Assembly: GCF_006345805.1 (NCBI RefSeq)
Contig: NC_043022.1
Location: 11,036,001-11,100,000, forward strand
From: Octopus sinensis
Taxonomy: Eukaryota
Reading direction: 5' to 3'
DNA length: 64,000 nt
Positions 37,881-53,230 of the stretch are shown here, one piece after another (position 1 is the first letter of the stretch; every line of letters starts with the position of its first letter). Below the pieces are notes generated by a model. That model did no database searches, was not told the DNA's origin, and was given only the letters and a program-made list of their open reading frames with translations. The position numbers and the translations under genes were made by a program.

Positions 37881-37939
<59 letters not shown>

Positions 37940-38114
37940 CGTTAGTTTCGACAGTGGCGAATTAGTTAATAACAATGCTCGTTGTGGTAATAGAGGATAT
38001 AAAGGAGATAGTAAAGAAATCAATGAGGGGAAAACAAACAAACGTGTTTCGTGGTTTTAATTCCTAACTTCAGTTCCAATTTCAATTTTGTAAGATTTAA
38101 GGTAACCTTATGTG

Positions 38115-38116
38115 AA

Positions 38117-38148
<32 letters not shown>

Positions 38149-38519
38149 ATATATATATATATATATATTATATATATTATATATATATATATATCTATAT
38201 ACATATACATATATATACATATACATATATACATATACATATATATATATCATATACATATATATATTATACATATACATATATATACATATATACATAT
38301 ATATATATACATACATATATATATACATACATATACATATATACATATATATATATACATATATAATATATACATACATATACATATATACATATAATAT
38401 ATATACATATATATATACATATATATACATATATATAATATATATATATACATATATATAATATACATATATATATATATACATATATATTATATATATA
38501 TACATATATATATATATAG

Positions 38520-38577
<58 letters not shown>

Positions 38578-38595
38578 CATATATATTATATATAC

Positions 38596-38649
<54 letters not shown>

Positions 38650-38961
38650 ATATATATATACAATATATATATCTACATATATATATACATATATTATACA
38701 TATATATATATACATATCTATATATACATATATATATATACATATACATATATATATATACATATATATATATATACATATACATATATATATTATACAT
38801 ATATATATATACATATATATATACATATATATACACATATATATACATATATATATATACATATATAGATACATATATACATATATATATAGATATATAT
38901 ATATATATATATACATATATATATACATATATATATATACATATATATATATACACCACAC

Positions 38962-38994
<33 letters not shown>

Positions 38995-39256
38995 CACACA
39001 CACACATATATATATATACATATATATATATACACCACACACACACACATATATATATATACATATATATATATATAATATATACACACACACACATATA
39101 TATATATATACACACACATATATATATAATATACACACACACACATATATATATATACACACACACACACACATATATTATACACACACACACATATATA
39201 TATACACACACACCACACACATATATATATTATACACACACACACATTATATATAT

Positions 39257-39297
<41 letters not shown>

Positions 39298-39310
39298 TGT
39301 GTGTGTGTTT
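38115..39310. repeat. Long (TA)n/(TACA)/(CA)n array
   Basis: Direct inspection. Confidence 0.95.
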
Positions 39311-39365
39311 GTATGTTTTCAAGTCGTATATTTAGGATTACGTTATAGAATGTATTTCCGATTTA

Positions 39366-39396
<31 letters not shown>

Positions 39397-40222
39397 TATA
39401 TTATATATATATTATATATATATATATAGTTTTGTGTATATGTTGTGCTACAAACACATGAAAGGGCTCAAACAATGTTTATGTTGAAAGACTAAAGAGT
39501 CTTATATATTTATGCCAGATAAACAGATATTATATTTCTGAACCCTTGTTTTATTTGGTCATTCGACCGAGCAAGCCAGCGTGTTGGAATGCAATAGATT
39601 GCTTCTAGTCGGTGTTAAATCGTGTAGATCGGCTGTTATCATCTGTCATATATCAGTTTGATCTTTGAAATTCCGAAGGAAAAATTTGGGTATGTCAGCA
39701 AATCAAAATTAGCTTGTTTTTCTCTTTTATATCTTTACTTAAGATTAAATTAGAACAATGGATGATGTGGAACTTGTCTAAGGGGCACAGTTCACAGAAA
39801 ATTGGTATGTTGTTAAATGCGTGTACTTTATTTAAACACTGATCATGATATGCTGGTGGTAATCACTTATTTACCTTACTATTTCCAAATGTTCTTCGAA
39901 AACGTTAGTGATTTTGCAGGTAATATTGATAGAACGAATTTTGTGCTGGCAATTCTTGAAGGAGAGCTTTAAGCTGTATATGTAGCACGCTGATATGTTG
40001 CTAGTAGAAACGTCATTTTATTATGCATTATTTTTCCTAAGGTATTTGACCTTTAGTGGTAACGTTTGGTTACAATACATTTGTATTGCGGTTCTCGATC
40101 GTGCAACTTTAGCCCATCTTAATGCTGATTTAGTTGTGGAGCTTTGATATGTATGACCGCACGAAGGATATTTTGTAAGTAGAGAGAGAAAATATTTTGC
40201 AATACTGGTTTCTATAGCAAAA

Positions 40223-40609
40223 CTAGCAGTATCGCCCGGCGTTGCTCAGGTTTGTAAGGGAAATAACTATAAAGCATTTTTAGAGAGTTATAGCCAAAAA
40301 ATAGCAAAAAAATGGAAAAAAATGATGGTAAATTTTTTTTTGAGATTTAAAAAAGGTGGAGTTGCGTCCCCTAGACAGTTTGTGGTTTGTGTTTCTCATT
40401 GTCGACCCCATGTCGAATTTATCGATTTTTTTCAGAACTGGGGGAACTTTTCAAAATTTTCGCTGCGTTAGTTTTGAATTATGACATTGGGCTATGTGTG
40501 TGTCAAGTTTCATCAGAATCGGTTGAAAGCCGTGGTCAGGGTGAGGGTACAAGCAAACAGACACACAGAAACACGCACAGACAAACTGCCGTTTATATAT
40601 AGAGAGAGA
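40223..40609 (-). mobile_element. Short non-autonomous Helitron
   Basis: 5' A|TCTCTCTCTATATATAAA; 3' CCTGAGCAACGCCGGG hairpin …CTGCTAG|T. Confidence 0.75.
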
Positions 40610-42179
40610 TTGTATGGTGGGTTATATCATACAATATATCTAAGTGCTTCTTGGCGATAAATTTTAGATTGTTTTAATGAGAACAATATTGTTTTGTACT
40701 GGCCACGCAATTTTTTGGACAATTTTCTTTTAAGGTTGGGTCTTTGCGCCTGAGATATACAGCGTTTCTAAAACTTTCTGCAATGTTAGAAGCTTTCTCA
40801 TTTTTTCTTTTTCCTTTTCCACGCACACACACGCACGCACGTACTCACACACAAACACACATACACACACATGGGACAGAAAGTCGCTGAAGAGGTGACA
40901 AAATGTGTGACGAAAGAACTTTGACAAATAAACTAATAATAATAATAATAATGTGAATCCGTAGATCTCGAATTTTGTTTTTACTGTTTACTCTATTAAT
41001 TGAAAAACCCAAATGTACATATAACACAACCTTAAATATCTGCTACTTATTACCATAAGGCATTAGAAATGTGGGTTTATAGAAAAAAATATATAGCTTG
41101 TTACCTAAACATAAGCAGCAACAGAATAAACAGAAAACGTAGCATGTGGTTTAACTGGCTAAACATCAAAGATATAACGACTAATATAGACAAAATTTCT
41201 TAGCCTTAATTAAAAATGTTCTAACCAGGAATAAGTATAACATAAATAACGTCAAAGTCAATTACAGATGGTCGAAAAATATTAACATGATAACGAGTAA
41301 TTTCGATGAGCCAGTTTAAGTAACATTCAGGAAGCTGACGAAAGAGATCTCACTCCTCTTAAAGGACATACTGGACAAAAGAAATTATCTACGAAACTAA
41401 GGTATATTATCTCCGACGAATATTCTGGGATAAAAGATGATCTTGGTATGAACAAAAGCAACTTTAAGAAAAGATTTTAAAAATTATAAACCTAAATCTA
41501 AGAACGAGGAAAAGAGGTAGGTCACGGTCTTCATTAGATATGTATGACATTTGAAAGCCGTCAACGACAAATTCGATATCAACTGATCAAATATTGAAAA
41601 TTGCCTGTCCTACATACTAGCAGTACTAGCCATGCACAGTAGAGGAATACCATATAATGAACAAACAAACGATACTCCAATGAGAAAGTCAGTTATATAT
41701 CAAAGTACTGTCCAAGAAATCAAACCTTACCGACGAAATTCTATCAAGTGAAATAGAACCTAATTGATTTACTGAGGAGAAACAAATACGGAAGTTCATA
41801 ACATGTTGTCACGTGCCACTGAGCGTCAATGATAATTCCTTCAGCACTGAAGAAAGTACTACGTTGAATATGCTGAGGAACGTGTCTTTGGCGATGAAAG
41901 TGAAGAAATGAAAAGGTAGTAAACTTTACTACACGCTCACACATGGAGATAAATTTAGTTATTTATTTGAAGAGCTTAGCTGTAGTGACTACGGTTGATG
42001 CGAAAATATTCTGTAGTTTTCTTGAGTAATATAAAAAAATCTCAATCACAATTATTTTTCTGTTTACTTCAGAAAACAATAGGATGTTTTCATATCACCC
42101 AAAAATTACAATTTTCTAATTATAACTCTAGATTTATGTACATACATATACCCAGACCTATTTCCCCATTATTTTAGGA

Positions 42180-42725
42180 AGTGGGTAGCCACAAGGCACA
42201 CACCAGGGATTCCATTCATTGCCCAGCTCAAAGGAGCAAGCCTTGTTCTATGCTTGGGTCAAGGTATAGAATGCAACCCCCAATGTCAGCAGTGGAGCCC
42301 AACAACTTATCTTGGTTTACCCCTGCCACATCATGCTGGTTCTGTACCCCTTTCAGCAACATCAAATTCACTCATCTGTCCACAAACACTCTCCAAGCTT
42401 TCCTATAATTTATAAACGCTCTTTCTTCTCTCACTCCAACACCTCTAACCACGCCCTATTTTCTTTATAAAAACTCTGTACAGCTCTCAACAATCTACCT
42501 AAACAGACAAACAAGGACAGACCAACAATCTACCATCTACTCCATATAACCGCATACCTGCCACATTGCATCCCTATCTACACAGCCATATGCCTTCTTT
42601 AGGTCCATAAAGGTCCTACACCAACTTCTCTTTGCCAAAAACCTCTTACACATCTGCTTTACTATAAATATTTGACCTGCACACCCATTTCCACTCCTAA
42701 AACCGCACTACTCCTCGCACTCGCG
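42180..42725 (-). mobile_element. Degenerate RTE-clade RT fragment
   Basis: Decayed QCGFRSG…QIFIVKQMC…FMDLKKAY…DRDAMWQV motifs. Confidence 0.6.
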
Positions 42726-42734
42726 AGAAACTTA

Positions 42735-43110
42735 TGAGTGAGGAGAACTCAGTGAAGAATCCAATTCTTCGCGCTCCACAGATCCGGTCGCTTTCGCCGA
42801 ATGTCCTCCCTCAAACGCTTCAAACGTCGTAGTAGAACTCTCGATCGACGGTCTGGCCCTGGGGGACGAACTGTCGATGCACAATACCACACTTCTGGGG
42901 GTGACGCTCGTGGAAAGTCTTCTAGGGACGTTCTTCCGCTTTTGAAGCGCCCGTGTTAATTGAAACATTGCGTACGACCCATTGCCTCGTTGCCCTAAGC
43001 TTGCCGAAGTATACTCAATATCTCTGAAGCAGACTTCCCAAGTTTAACGCAAAATTTCACGTTGGCTTTTTGTTCCTGTCCATGACAAGATCATAAACTA
43101 CAGCGTACAC
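42735..43110 (-). mobile_element. Mariner transposase remnant with internal deletion
   Basis: NVKFCVKLGKSASEILSILRQA…RFKSGRTSLED (HTH) joined to GIVHRQFVPQGQTVDREFYY…REDIRRKRPDLW…NWILH (catalytic region). Confidence 0.8.
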
Positions 43111-43960
43111 GTTATCACAAAAGCACAAATTTCACAACTTGCGAAGTAAACACAGCATTGCCACTCGGCACACTCTCATGAAGGTTACAGCTAGCTCTCA
43201 CTACGCACGCAACCGTGTGCTACCATGTGTTGGCGTGCTATTGAACTACTTCGGGACTTTTTGATACAACCGTGTGTATATACATAAACAAAGGCATGTG
43301 TCGTATTATATATGATTAGCGGAACCTGTGAATATTTAACGGAATTAATAGTAAACCTATTGGGTTATTTCTCATCTTCTTGATCAAGGTTGACATGCAA
43401 TGGTGCTATTTGCAAATTTCTAATAATAGTTATTCAAATCCTGAACAACTATGACAGAACCCCCACTGACCTCTTACAAATATTTACCACTGGAGAAATT
43501 ATTTATTATGCCACTTCACAGAAAGATTTTCACAGTTATTTGTCTCTACTCCTCCATCTGCTCTCCCGTTTCGTTAATCTGACCCTTTAGTTTATCAATT
43601 CACAAAGCATTTCCTTGTCATGCATTTTACTGCATGACAGTCGATATAAGCAAGAAGTGGAGCTTGTCGAGTCTACCTTATGTTACGCTCTCAATAAGAC
43701 AATGAAATATAGGTCACCAATTCATGAGGCAGAAAAATATGAGGAAAGTAACAGCGAAATAGAAGTCCCTGTCTGAATCGTTGTAGTCAAATATTTTGTT
43801 GTATAGAACATGATCGAGCCAACCATTATGTTTCCACGTTGGTCCTATTGCAACAATTTAAGATTGGGAGAATGTCAAACTCATCTTGCAAATATTTGAT
43901 GGAAATGATGAATTTCATTATTGAGACTTGGTCCTCGTCTTAAATTTTTTTCATATTTAA

Positions 43961-44177
43961 GCCTTTAGCATTAAGATTACTTTGTCAAATGTAATGTTTA
44001 TTTACTTACATTACCTTGAATTAATTTCATATCTCGGAGCTTCAGTGTTTCGATGATGTGATTACTTATTTTTAGAATATCAGTATAGAGTAGGTGTGAG
44101 AGGCCGGAACTGGCTAGTTTGAACAAAAGTAGGTCGAATATTTGGGCCAGTTTATGGTCGGTTTAAATGTTAAATGG
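43961..44177. mobile_element. piggyBac-like MITE
   Basis: TTAA on both sides; imperfect TIRs GCCTTTAGCATT / AATGTTAAATGG. Confidence 0.55.
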
Positions 44178-44722
44178 TTAAGCAAAAATAGCTTGTGTTT
44201 AAGTTAAGTACAATCTAAAACGAAAGTGTCAGGAATTTACTGTAAGTTGCATTCGCAACAAATTAGAAGTTTTGGTGATTAACACAACTTTATACCGAAT
44301 ATGTTATCAATCATTATTATTGCTACTTTCGCGATTCCCATGACTCTCTGTCGCCATCCAATCCCATTATTATGAATTTGAATTGAGAGACTGAGCTATA
44401 GTGAATCTTTCATTAACTGATTACTTAACCATGGACGCTACCCCTAAGGATGCGTTGCAGTTACTCTCTTGATAGAGCTTGGTGATCCCGACCGTTAATC
44501 TTTTAGGATTCCTCTGCTCAGCGTCAATGTAAGAAGCATCGTTGGCTCAATCGAGCTTCTCTACTATCTCTTCACAATCCACAAAGCTGCAGTCCCATGA
44601 CTTCATCGTATCCCTGACGGGGTGGCTGAAAAGGTGCTATGCCTTGCCAAACGGCAGCCCGTAACTGTGTAGGCACGGTCGTCACTCCGTAGGTATTTTC
44701 AAAATACCCGTATTCTAACTAT

Positions 44723-44795
<73 letters not shown>

Positions 44796-44894
44796 TTAAA
44801 TCTAAAAACCATACCTGAAAAAATTACAGCAACCACTAGATAATATAACTGTCTGCATCCAGTAGTACTATTTCGTACTTTAAGAATCCTACAC

Positions 44895-44938
<44 letters not shown>

Positions 44939-46715
44939 GTGTGTGTGCGCGTGCGCGCGCGCGTGTGTGTGTAAAGTTCGTAGTATTTAAAACGTCAACT
45001 ATGCGTAACACTAAACGTTGTAGGCTCACGAGTAAAGTCATTTACAATATTGATATTTTTAAATTTCGACTCCGTATGAAGATCATCGATATATGGAATG
45101 ATGTACATCGAGTTCCAAAATTGATAGATTGTTATCAAGAGAAATAATTTTAAAATGCAGAATCAGATGAAACCGATGTGACCCAGTGTTTGCAACAAAT
45201 TCTCCAAAGGACACGTAGTTACAGTAAATATAGATCTTGCGGAGTAAACTATCTCTTCTCTTCTTCACAAAAATCAAAATATAGAAGCTGTTTTGGAATA
45301 GATTGAAATTAATCGTTTGGAAGTGATTGAAATTAATTGTTTAAAGCATTGTAAAAATAGAATATGTCTATCAATGTAATATAATCATAACGCTTGCTTA
45401 ATTTTAAAGGTGATACAGCTCTTAAGTTTCGTGAAGCTGCGGTGCTAGCAGTTCTTTTGTTAATTTTTAAACAAAGATGATCATTAGGAATCTGTTAATT
45501 GTTGTGGCTCCAATATATAAAGAATATACAGCAATTCATTAGCAAGACATTTCCTGAATCTATGGAAGATGTTGAACATTCTTCGATTCAAAAAAATACC
45601 AAGTCAGGCTATTTCGCATTAAGTAACTCAAATGAAGGATATTTCCAAAACCGAATGTTATTTGTGAGGAATTTATTGAATATCGAGCAGTTTCTAGACT
45701 TGTCACTGAAACTCTTTTGCAGTACATATTGTCGGTACTGAAGTATATATTAATGTTGATATCCAATTATATGTCACTCATTGCTACGATCGTTATCCGG
45801 TTATGAACAAAAAAATTTGCTATTGCTAAAGTGAGGTTGGGTGCCGTTATCTCATTCACTCTGTATGTCAAATTTTACGCCCAGCAACCGATCTGGTAAG
45901 GACTGGTTGCGTGAAAAAAGTGTAAAATTTTTCACAGTACTGCAGCCACTCTCTGTATTCAAGTCTCGAACCATTGTGTCTTAGTGGACCGAGACATCAA
46001 CAGTGGAAAAACGTGGCCAGCTTTTTTAGCTGGAGGAAGAAAACAAAAATTGTTTGCGGCTCACAAAGGAGGGGTGGAGGACGGCGTAATTTGAAGAAAT
46101 TATCGATATTTAAAAAAATTTAATTCTAATACTGAAGGCAATTTTTAACTTTGTAAGCGAAGACGGTGACAACAACGAAAAATTGGGACGACGTTGTCAG
46201 CAAAGCCTCGCAGTATGTACTCAGTTGATCAGGGATAACAGTTACTGTGTGTAATAAAAGGATTATTTAGTCCCAGATCTGTTATGAACGGGCAAACCTT
46301 CCCGTCTTTATTCCAGATGAAGTGCACCCAAAACAACTTTTCAAGACGTTGTATTTTAAGAGGTGGATTGTAAATTTGGTTACTATGTTTAGCATGTCGA
46401 CTGACCGTGTAGTCTTCTTTATTAACTAGAGATTACTGTTGTTTTAATTCCAAGTAAATTCTAATTGAGAAGAGCTATATTAGAAACCATAACTGCCATG
46501 ACTATTTCGTCCTTTTTAGCAGTGTCTAGGACCACGTTATACAATGTGTCCGTATTTAAGACATTCGGGTGTAATATGAAGAAGATAGGGCTTCTATTTC
46601 AAGCAGGTCAAGCAAACACAGGTTTTCACATTAGCTCGTGGCACAGATTCACGGTCTTTCAGTATTATGATATCCTAGATAAGCACGCACACACACGCGC
46701 GCACGCACACACACA

Positions 46716-46783
<68 letters not shown>

Positions 46784-47287
46784 CAAAAGATGACATAGTG
46801 GAGGCTGAACAGTTCGGTTCATTTCAAATGCGTTGCAAGACTTATTAACATAGCTTATCTTTAACTTCCTTATCTTTCGAAAAACTCACAGACAGGGTGC
46901 AAACTTCAAAGTCATAGGTTAAAAGATTGAGTCATTGGCTCAGTGGGGATAGAATTATATTGACAGAGTGAGGACCTACAAACGTCACCAGTTGACACAT
47001 ACCAGATGTCATTAGAAAAAGAGGAAATGAATAATGATTACACATATTTATATAAGCTATACCTACTGATGCGCATGTGTGTGTGTGTGTATATATATAT
47101 ATGTATATATATGTATATATATGTATATATATGAGAGAGAGAGAGAGAAAGAGAGACGGGTGTTGCGACCACAGACACACACAAGGATATGTGGGTGTAA
47201 ACGTCTTTCCTCTTCCTCCTAATAACAAAAGCGCACATTTATACGCCTACTTAAGTATATACACACATACATACATACATACATACA

Positions 47288-47328
<41 letters not shown>

Positions 47329-48016
47329 CTTTATTGCCCACAAGGGGCTAAACATAGAGAGGACAAACAAGGACAGACAAAGGGATTAAGTCGATTACAT
47401 CGACCCCAGTGCGAAACTGGTACTTTTATTTATCGACCCCGAAAGAATGAAAGGCAAAGTCGACCTCATATATATATGACTAGGGCCGAGTCGAAAATTC
47501 AAAGTCACAGTCACCGTTTTCGTAGGAAAAGTTAAATATTGTATTAAACTAAAAGATGGTAATACTTCAGTTTAACATTGATCTTTATATATAATTGAAC
47601 ATAGAAGCAAACATAAACCTCTGTATTTCAATACGGGCGAAATTTTACTCGCAAGCATAGACTCCCTAATTCAGTGCTACACAGCTGCTCCATTTGCTAA
47701 AAATAATATCCAGAATGTGCCGCAAATCATAAAGTACAGCCTTTTAAACTTTAAAAATCCGGCACACTTGAATAATATGGTACAAGACAACAAATGATTG
47801 GATTGCCAGTTTGCAGAAATTTTGATCGCCTGCTCAGTCAGGGCTTACGTTGGGACCAACCAATAATAATAAGAAAACAAAAACAAATTAATAGAAAATG
47901 TCTACAATGCTTGAATTTAGTTTCGTCGTCGGTACACAAGAACGAAAGGGTTGAGTGAGTATGTGTGAGTGTTGAAAAGAAAGGGGGACATTAAAAAAAG
48001 AAAGAGAGACAGAAGC

Positions 48017-48058
<42 letters not shown>

Positions 48059-48934
48059 AATGAGTTAAGCTTCACACATAGACAGACAGACAGACACGCA
48101 CACACACGTGTGTGAGTCATTCGCAACATCCGTCCTTTCACCATGTTTAGGCATCAGATCTGCTTACACAACCAATCTCTTCAGTTGAGGTTGATGTACT
48201 GCTGATGCTGCTACTGCTTCTGTGGGTGATGCTCATCCCACATCCGCCCTGATTCCTGCTTCTAAATTTCTAAACACACGCACACGTAAAAACATGCGTA
48301 CGTTTATGTCTATGTGTGTGTGCGTGTGAGTCTATAAGTTTGTGTGTGTGTGTGTATTATATATATACATGTGTGTGTGCGCGCGCACACACAAACACAC
48401 ACACACATACATACATTTATTTAACACACACATATGTGAGTACACAAAATATACATATATATAAAATGCACCATTTTATATACACATACACCTATATACA
48501 TACGCACGTACATATTGTATAAATATAATATGTATATGACATATATTTAATTATATGTGCATATGCATATATGCACACACACACATACACACACATACAC
48601 ACATAAGCACAAACACATATGTAGACCCTTGCATGGCTGAGTAAAGTTCGCTTTGCAACTACGTATTCTCGGGTTCAGTCCCGCTGCGCGGCACCTTGGG
48701 GGATGTCTACTGCCAAGGGCAGACCGGTGCCTTACGAAGTAGTTTGTTAAATATGAAAACTGCGCGGAAATTTGTTGCACATGCTATGTGTGCATACATG
48801 TAAGTATGCGATTGTTTTTCGCAACCAGTATTGGTTTGTTAGGTTTGAGGCGAGTAGCAGTTCATAGAGATGGGATTCATTGAATTGAAGCTGATTAAAA
48901 GTTGGTTGCAGAATCGACTGGATCAGGGCAATGA

Positions 48935-49165
48935 ACCAGCATGGATGTGTAGTTAAGAAGCTCGCTTTGCAACCACGTGGTGTTTTATGTGTGTATGTAC
49001 ATGTATACACACACGCGTGCGTGCGCGCGCGCGGCCATGTGGTAAGAAGTTTGCTTCCCAACCACGTGGTTCCAGGTGCAGGCCCACTGCGTCACGCCTT
49101 GAACAGTATCTTTCACTGTACCTTCGGGCCGACCAATGCCTCGTGAGTGGATTTGATAGACTTTC
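48935..49165 (+). mobile_element. SINE family B copy or copies, degenerate
   Basis: GGATGTGTAGTTAAGAAGCTCGC…CCCACTGCGTCACGCCTTGAACAG…CGGGCCGACCAATGCCTCGTGAGTGGATTTG. Confidence 0.7.
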
Positions 49166-49180
49166 TTGGAGTTATATATA

Positions 49181-49216
<36 letters not shown>

Positions 49217-49716
49217 TGTATGTATGTATGTATGTATGTATGTGTGCGTGTATATGTGTGTGTTTGTGCGAGCGCGTCTCTCTTTGTGCCAGTATTTACG
49301 TCCCCGTAATTCGTGAACATATACCGATAGAATAAATAACCAGGCTTAAAATAAGTAAGGGAAAGTTTACGAAAAAAACAAAAGACGAAGACAGGTGGTG
49401 TACAAAACAAACAGATGTATTAGTATAACGCTCAGGAATAGAAAAAGTCTTTTACGTTTCGAGCCTACGCTCTTTTACAGAAAGGGACACAGAAAAAACA
49501 AGGAGAGAAACAAGGAGAGAAAAAAATGTGTGTAGTGGCTCCTGGAATTGATTCGTTCGACTAAAAGTGTTCACCGTGGTGTCCCAGTATGGCCCCAGTC
49601 TAATGACTGAAACAAGACAAAAGAATTATATACACTCAACGGACTACCGTCGCATATGTGTATACATCTTACCTACCTACCTACCTACCTACCTACCTAC
49701 CTACCTACCTACCTAC

Positions 49717-49818
<102 letters not shown>

Positions 49819-50134
49819 GAGTGTGTGTGTTTGTGAATAGAACAAATAAGTGAGGTGAGAGAATAAATATTTATTCTATTCGTTTACAGCTGTTTCATAA
49901 TCTTGTTAGTTATATAATACATATTACATCAACATTTTCACATATATAAAGTGTGCGTGTATTCACGTGTGTGTACACCCATATGCATATAGGGTGTTGA
50001 GAAGTAAACTAACAGACAACTTCAAACGATTCATGGTAAGCAAAACAACTCATCTACGAAGAGTAATCTGACCCAATATATATCCACAAACCTTAGATTT
50101 ACTCAGCAGGTTACCATTTATGGTGCGTGCGTGC

Positions 50135-50168
<34 letters not shown>

Positions 50169-50565
50169 GCGTGTGTATGTGTTTGTGTGTGCGTGTGTGT
50201 GAGAGTGTGTGTGTGTAAGTGCGTGCGTTTGAATGTATTTGTGCCCACTCACCGCTTGGCAATCGGTGTTGGTTTGTTTACATCCCTGTAATCTAGTGGT
50301 TTGGCAAAGAAGACCGACAGATTAAGTACCAGGCTTTAGAAATTAGTGTTGGTGTCCATTTATTCGACTAAAACTTTACAGGGCCGTGCCCCAGCGATTG
50401 AAACCAGTAGTAGATAAAACGCATACATAAATATCTCTTAGCTGTTTCAGTCATTAAACTACGACCGTGCTGGGGCAGCGACTTGAAAGATTTAACCGAT
50501 AAGTTACTGGGACATAAACTAGCTAACTCCAGTTGACAAGCGGTGGTGAAGGACAACCACAAGTG

Positions 50566-50602
<37 letters not shown>

Positions 50603-50611
50603 TCGGGGTGA

Positions 50612-50689
<78 letters not shown>

Positions 50690-50853
50690 ACGGTTTCCAT
50701 CTGCAAAATTCAATCGCAAGAATTTGGACGTCCCGAAGCTATAGTAGAAGACACATAACCAAGGTAATATACAGTAAGACAGAACCCAAAAACCATGCGG
50801 TGCGGAAGCTATCATCTTACCACACAGCCGCGCCTATACCTAAAACGTAAAAG

Positions 50854-50891
<38 letters not shown>

Positions 50892-50981
50892 GATAAAAGA
50901 CACGTATATAAACATAGACAATTATACAAAATCATATATGTAAATGTATGTGTATATTTAAATAAAGGTACACACACACAC

Positions 50982-51049
<68 letters not shown>

Positions 51050-51559
51050 GAGTGTGTGTGTGTGTGTATGCCTGTGTATATACACACAGAGACGTGTAAC
51101 CTCAAGTATTATTCTATTGGTCGTTTCTCTTTCAACTTCAAGTAGAACTAACCTATCTTCATCCACTTACATTTCTTTCTTTCTTGCTCTAATTTGTTTC
51201 ATCTCTATCTTCTTCCTCCCTCCTTTATCCATTTCCTTCTTTTTTCTTATTTCCCTTTTTCTTTAGCTTCTTGATTTCTACTTCTTAATTGTTTCCTTTC
51301 TGTTCTTGTTCGTCTACCCGTCTAAATCAACAATCCACACGTACATACTTTCTCTTACCCATCCCTTTCAATGTTTCCCCTCCCCCTGAAACACACACAG
51401 ACACAGACAGACACACACCCATACACCCACACACACAACCTCTTATCCTCATGTCCTTTCTGAAAATACCATTATTGTAAGGGAAACAAGTAATGAACGA
51501 GAAAATACTGTAACATAACTTGCATCCACTGCAATTTATAGATTCAGAAACAAAAGGAG

Positions 51560-51900
51560 ATAGTTATAGTTGGAATGTCTTTCATCAAGCTGTTTCTTGA
51601 TCCAGATGTTTCTTGAAAACATCTACTCTCACTTCATGGAGATCCCTCAGGTGTTTTGGTAAGGAGTTAAATAGCTGTAGGCCCTTGAATCCCAAGCTAT
51701 TGCAGTATATCGTCTTCGCCTTAGCTAGGACTTTCGGAACAGTGCAGTGACGTCCATTTCGAGGTCTGGTATAGCTCTCAATTTCAAAGTTTGGTGCCAG
51801 CCACTCCAGTATATTCCATACATATATCATTGCATACCTCTCCCGTCTTGTTCCAGGGAGTAGAGTCGTAGCTCTTCCTGTGCAGATGTGGAACCTACTT
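51560..51900 (-). mobile_element. CR1-like LINE 3' fragment
   Basis: SLGFKGLQLFNSLPKHLRDLHEVRVDVFKKHLD. Confidence 0.8.
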
Positions 51901-52511
51901 AATGATTACTTTCAAGGTTCCACCAATTTGGACGCTCGACCGGAGAACGTTTCGTTGCGAACTGGATCGTTGGCGATGCGATACGAATACCACATATTAT
52001 CATTCAGGGAAAGTCACCATGAAAGGCAGAGGTTTGGTAACGGCGCCACCGAAAACTTTCGTACGACACTCTACGGGAAGAACTCATTAAATGCGTCTTC
52101 ATTTTACAGCAGAAACGACTTAATCAAATCCTAGTAACAGAACTCGGTGATAAAAAGAAAACCATCGTAGCTCCTGCGACAAATGAAACAACTCCTGAGA
52201 GACAAAACACTTCAGGACAAAATATTTAAATGAATATTCCTGAAGCGACCCTGTCATTCTTGCATGTACCAATGAGTTTATATATATATATATATATATA
52301 TAACGGGAAGCTTTATGAAAATAGACAAAAGACGAAGGCAGGTTTACGGAAATAAACAAAAGACGAAGGCAGGTGGAATACAAACAAACAATTGTATTAG
52401 TATGGCGCTCAGGAAATATAAATAAAACAAGTCTTTAACGTTTCGAGCCTACGCTCTTCAACACAAAGATACACAGAGAAGAAACACAGAAAGAAGGAGA
52501 GAAAAAAATGC

Positions 52512-52563
<52 letters not shown>

Positions 52564-52589
52564 CACACACACACACACACACTCTTCTT

Positions 52590-52795
52590 CTCTTTATTTA
52601 CTCTTTTACTTATTTCAGTCATTTGACTGCGGCCATGCTGGAGCACTGCTTTTAGTCGAAGAAATCGACCTCAGGACATTCTTTGTAAGCCTAGTACTTA
52701 TTCTATCGGTGTCTTTTGCCGAACTGCTAAGGGACGGGGACATAAATACACCACCATCAGTTGTCAAGCGGTGTTGGGGGACAAACACAAACACC

Positions 52796-52829
<34 letters not shown>

Positions 52830-53010
52830 CACACGCTTATATACGACGAGCTTCTTTCAGTTTCTGTCTACTAAATCCACTCACAAGGCTTTGGTAGGCC
52901 CGAACCTATCTATAGTAGAAGACACTTACCCACGGTGCCGAGCAGTGGGACTGAACCCGGTACCATGTGGTTGGTAAGCAAGCTACTTACTACACACCCA
53001 CTCCTGCGCC
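52590..53010 (-). mobile_element. Full-length SINE family B
   Basis: tRNA head, CORE-like segment, (TG)n middle, GCAGTGCTCCAGCATGGCCGCAGTCAAATGACTGAAA tail. Confidence 0.85.
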
Positions 53011-53024
53011 TATATATATATATA

Positions 53025-53178
53025 TAGCTTGCTTACCAACCACATGGTACCGGGTTCAGTCCCACTGCTCGGCACCGTGGGTAAGTGTCTTCTACTATAG
53101 ATAGGTTCGGGCCTACCAAAGCCTTGTGAGTGGATTTGGTAGACAGAAACTGAAAGAAGCTCGTCGTATATAAGCGTG

Positions 53179-53230
<52 letters not shown>

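Noticed and set aside
45830-46260. Possible Tc1/mariner fragment
   Set aside because: No transposase motif or TIR could be confirmed by eye.
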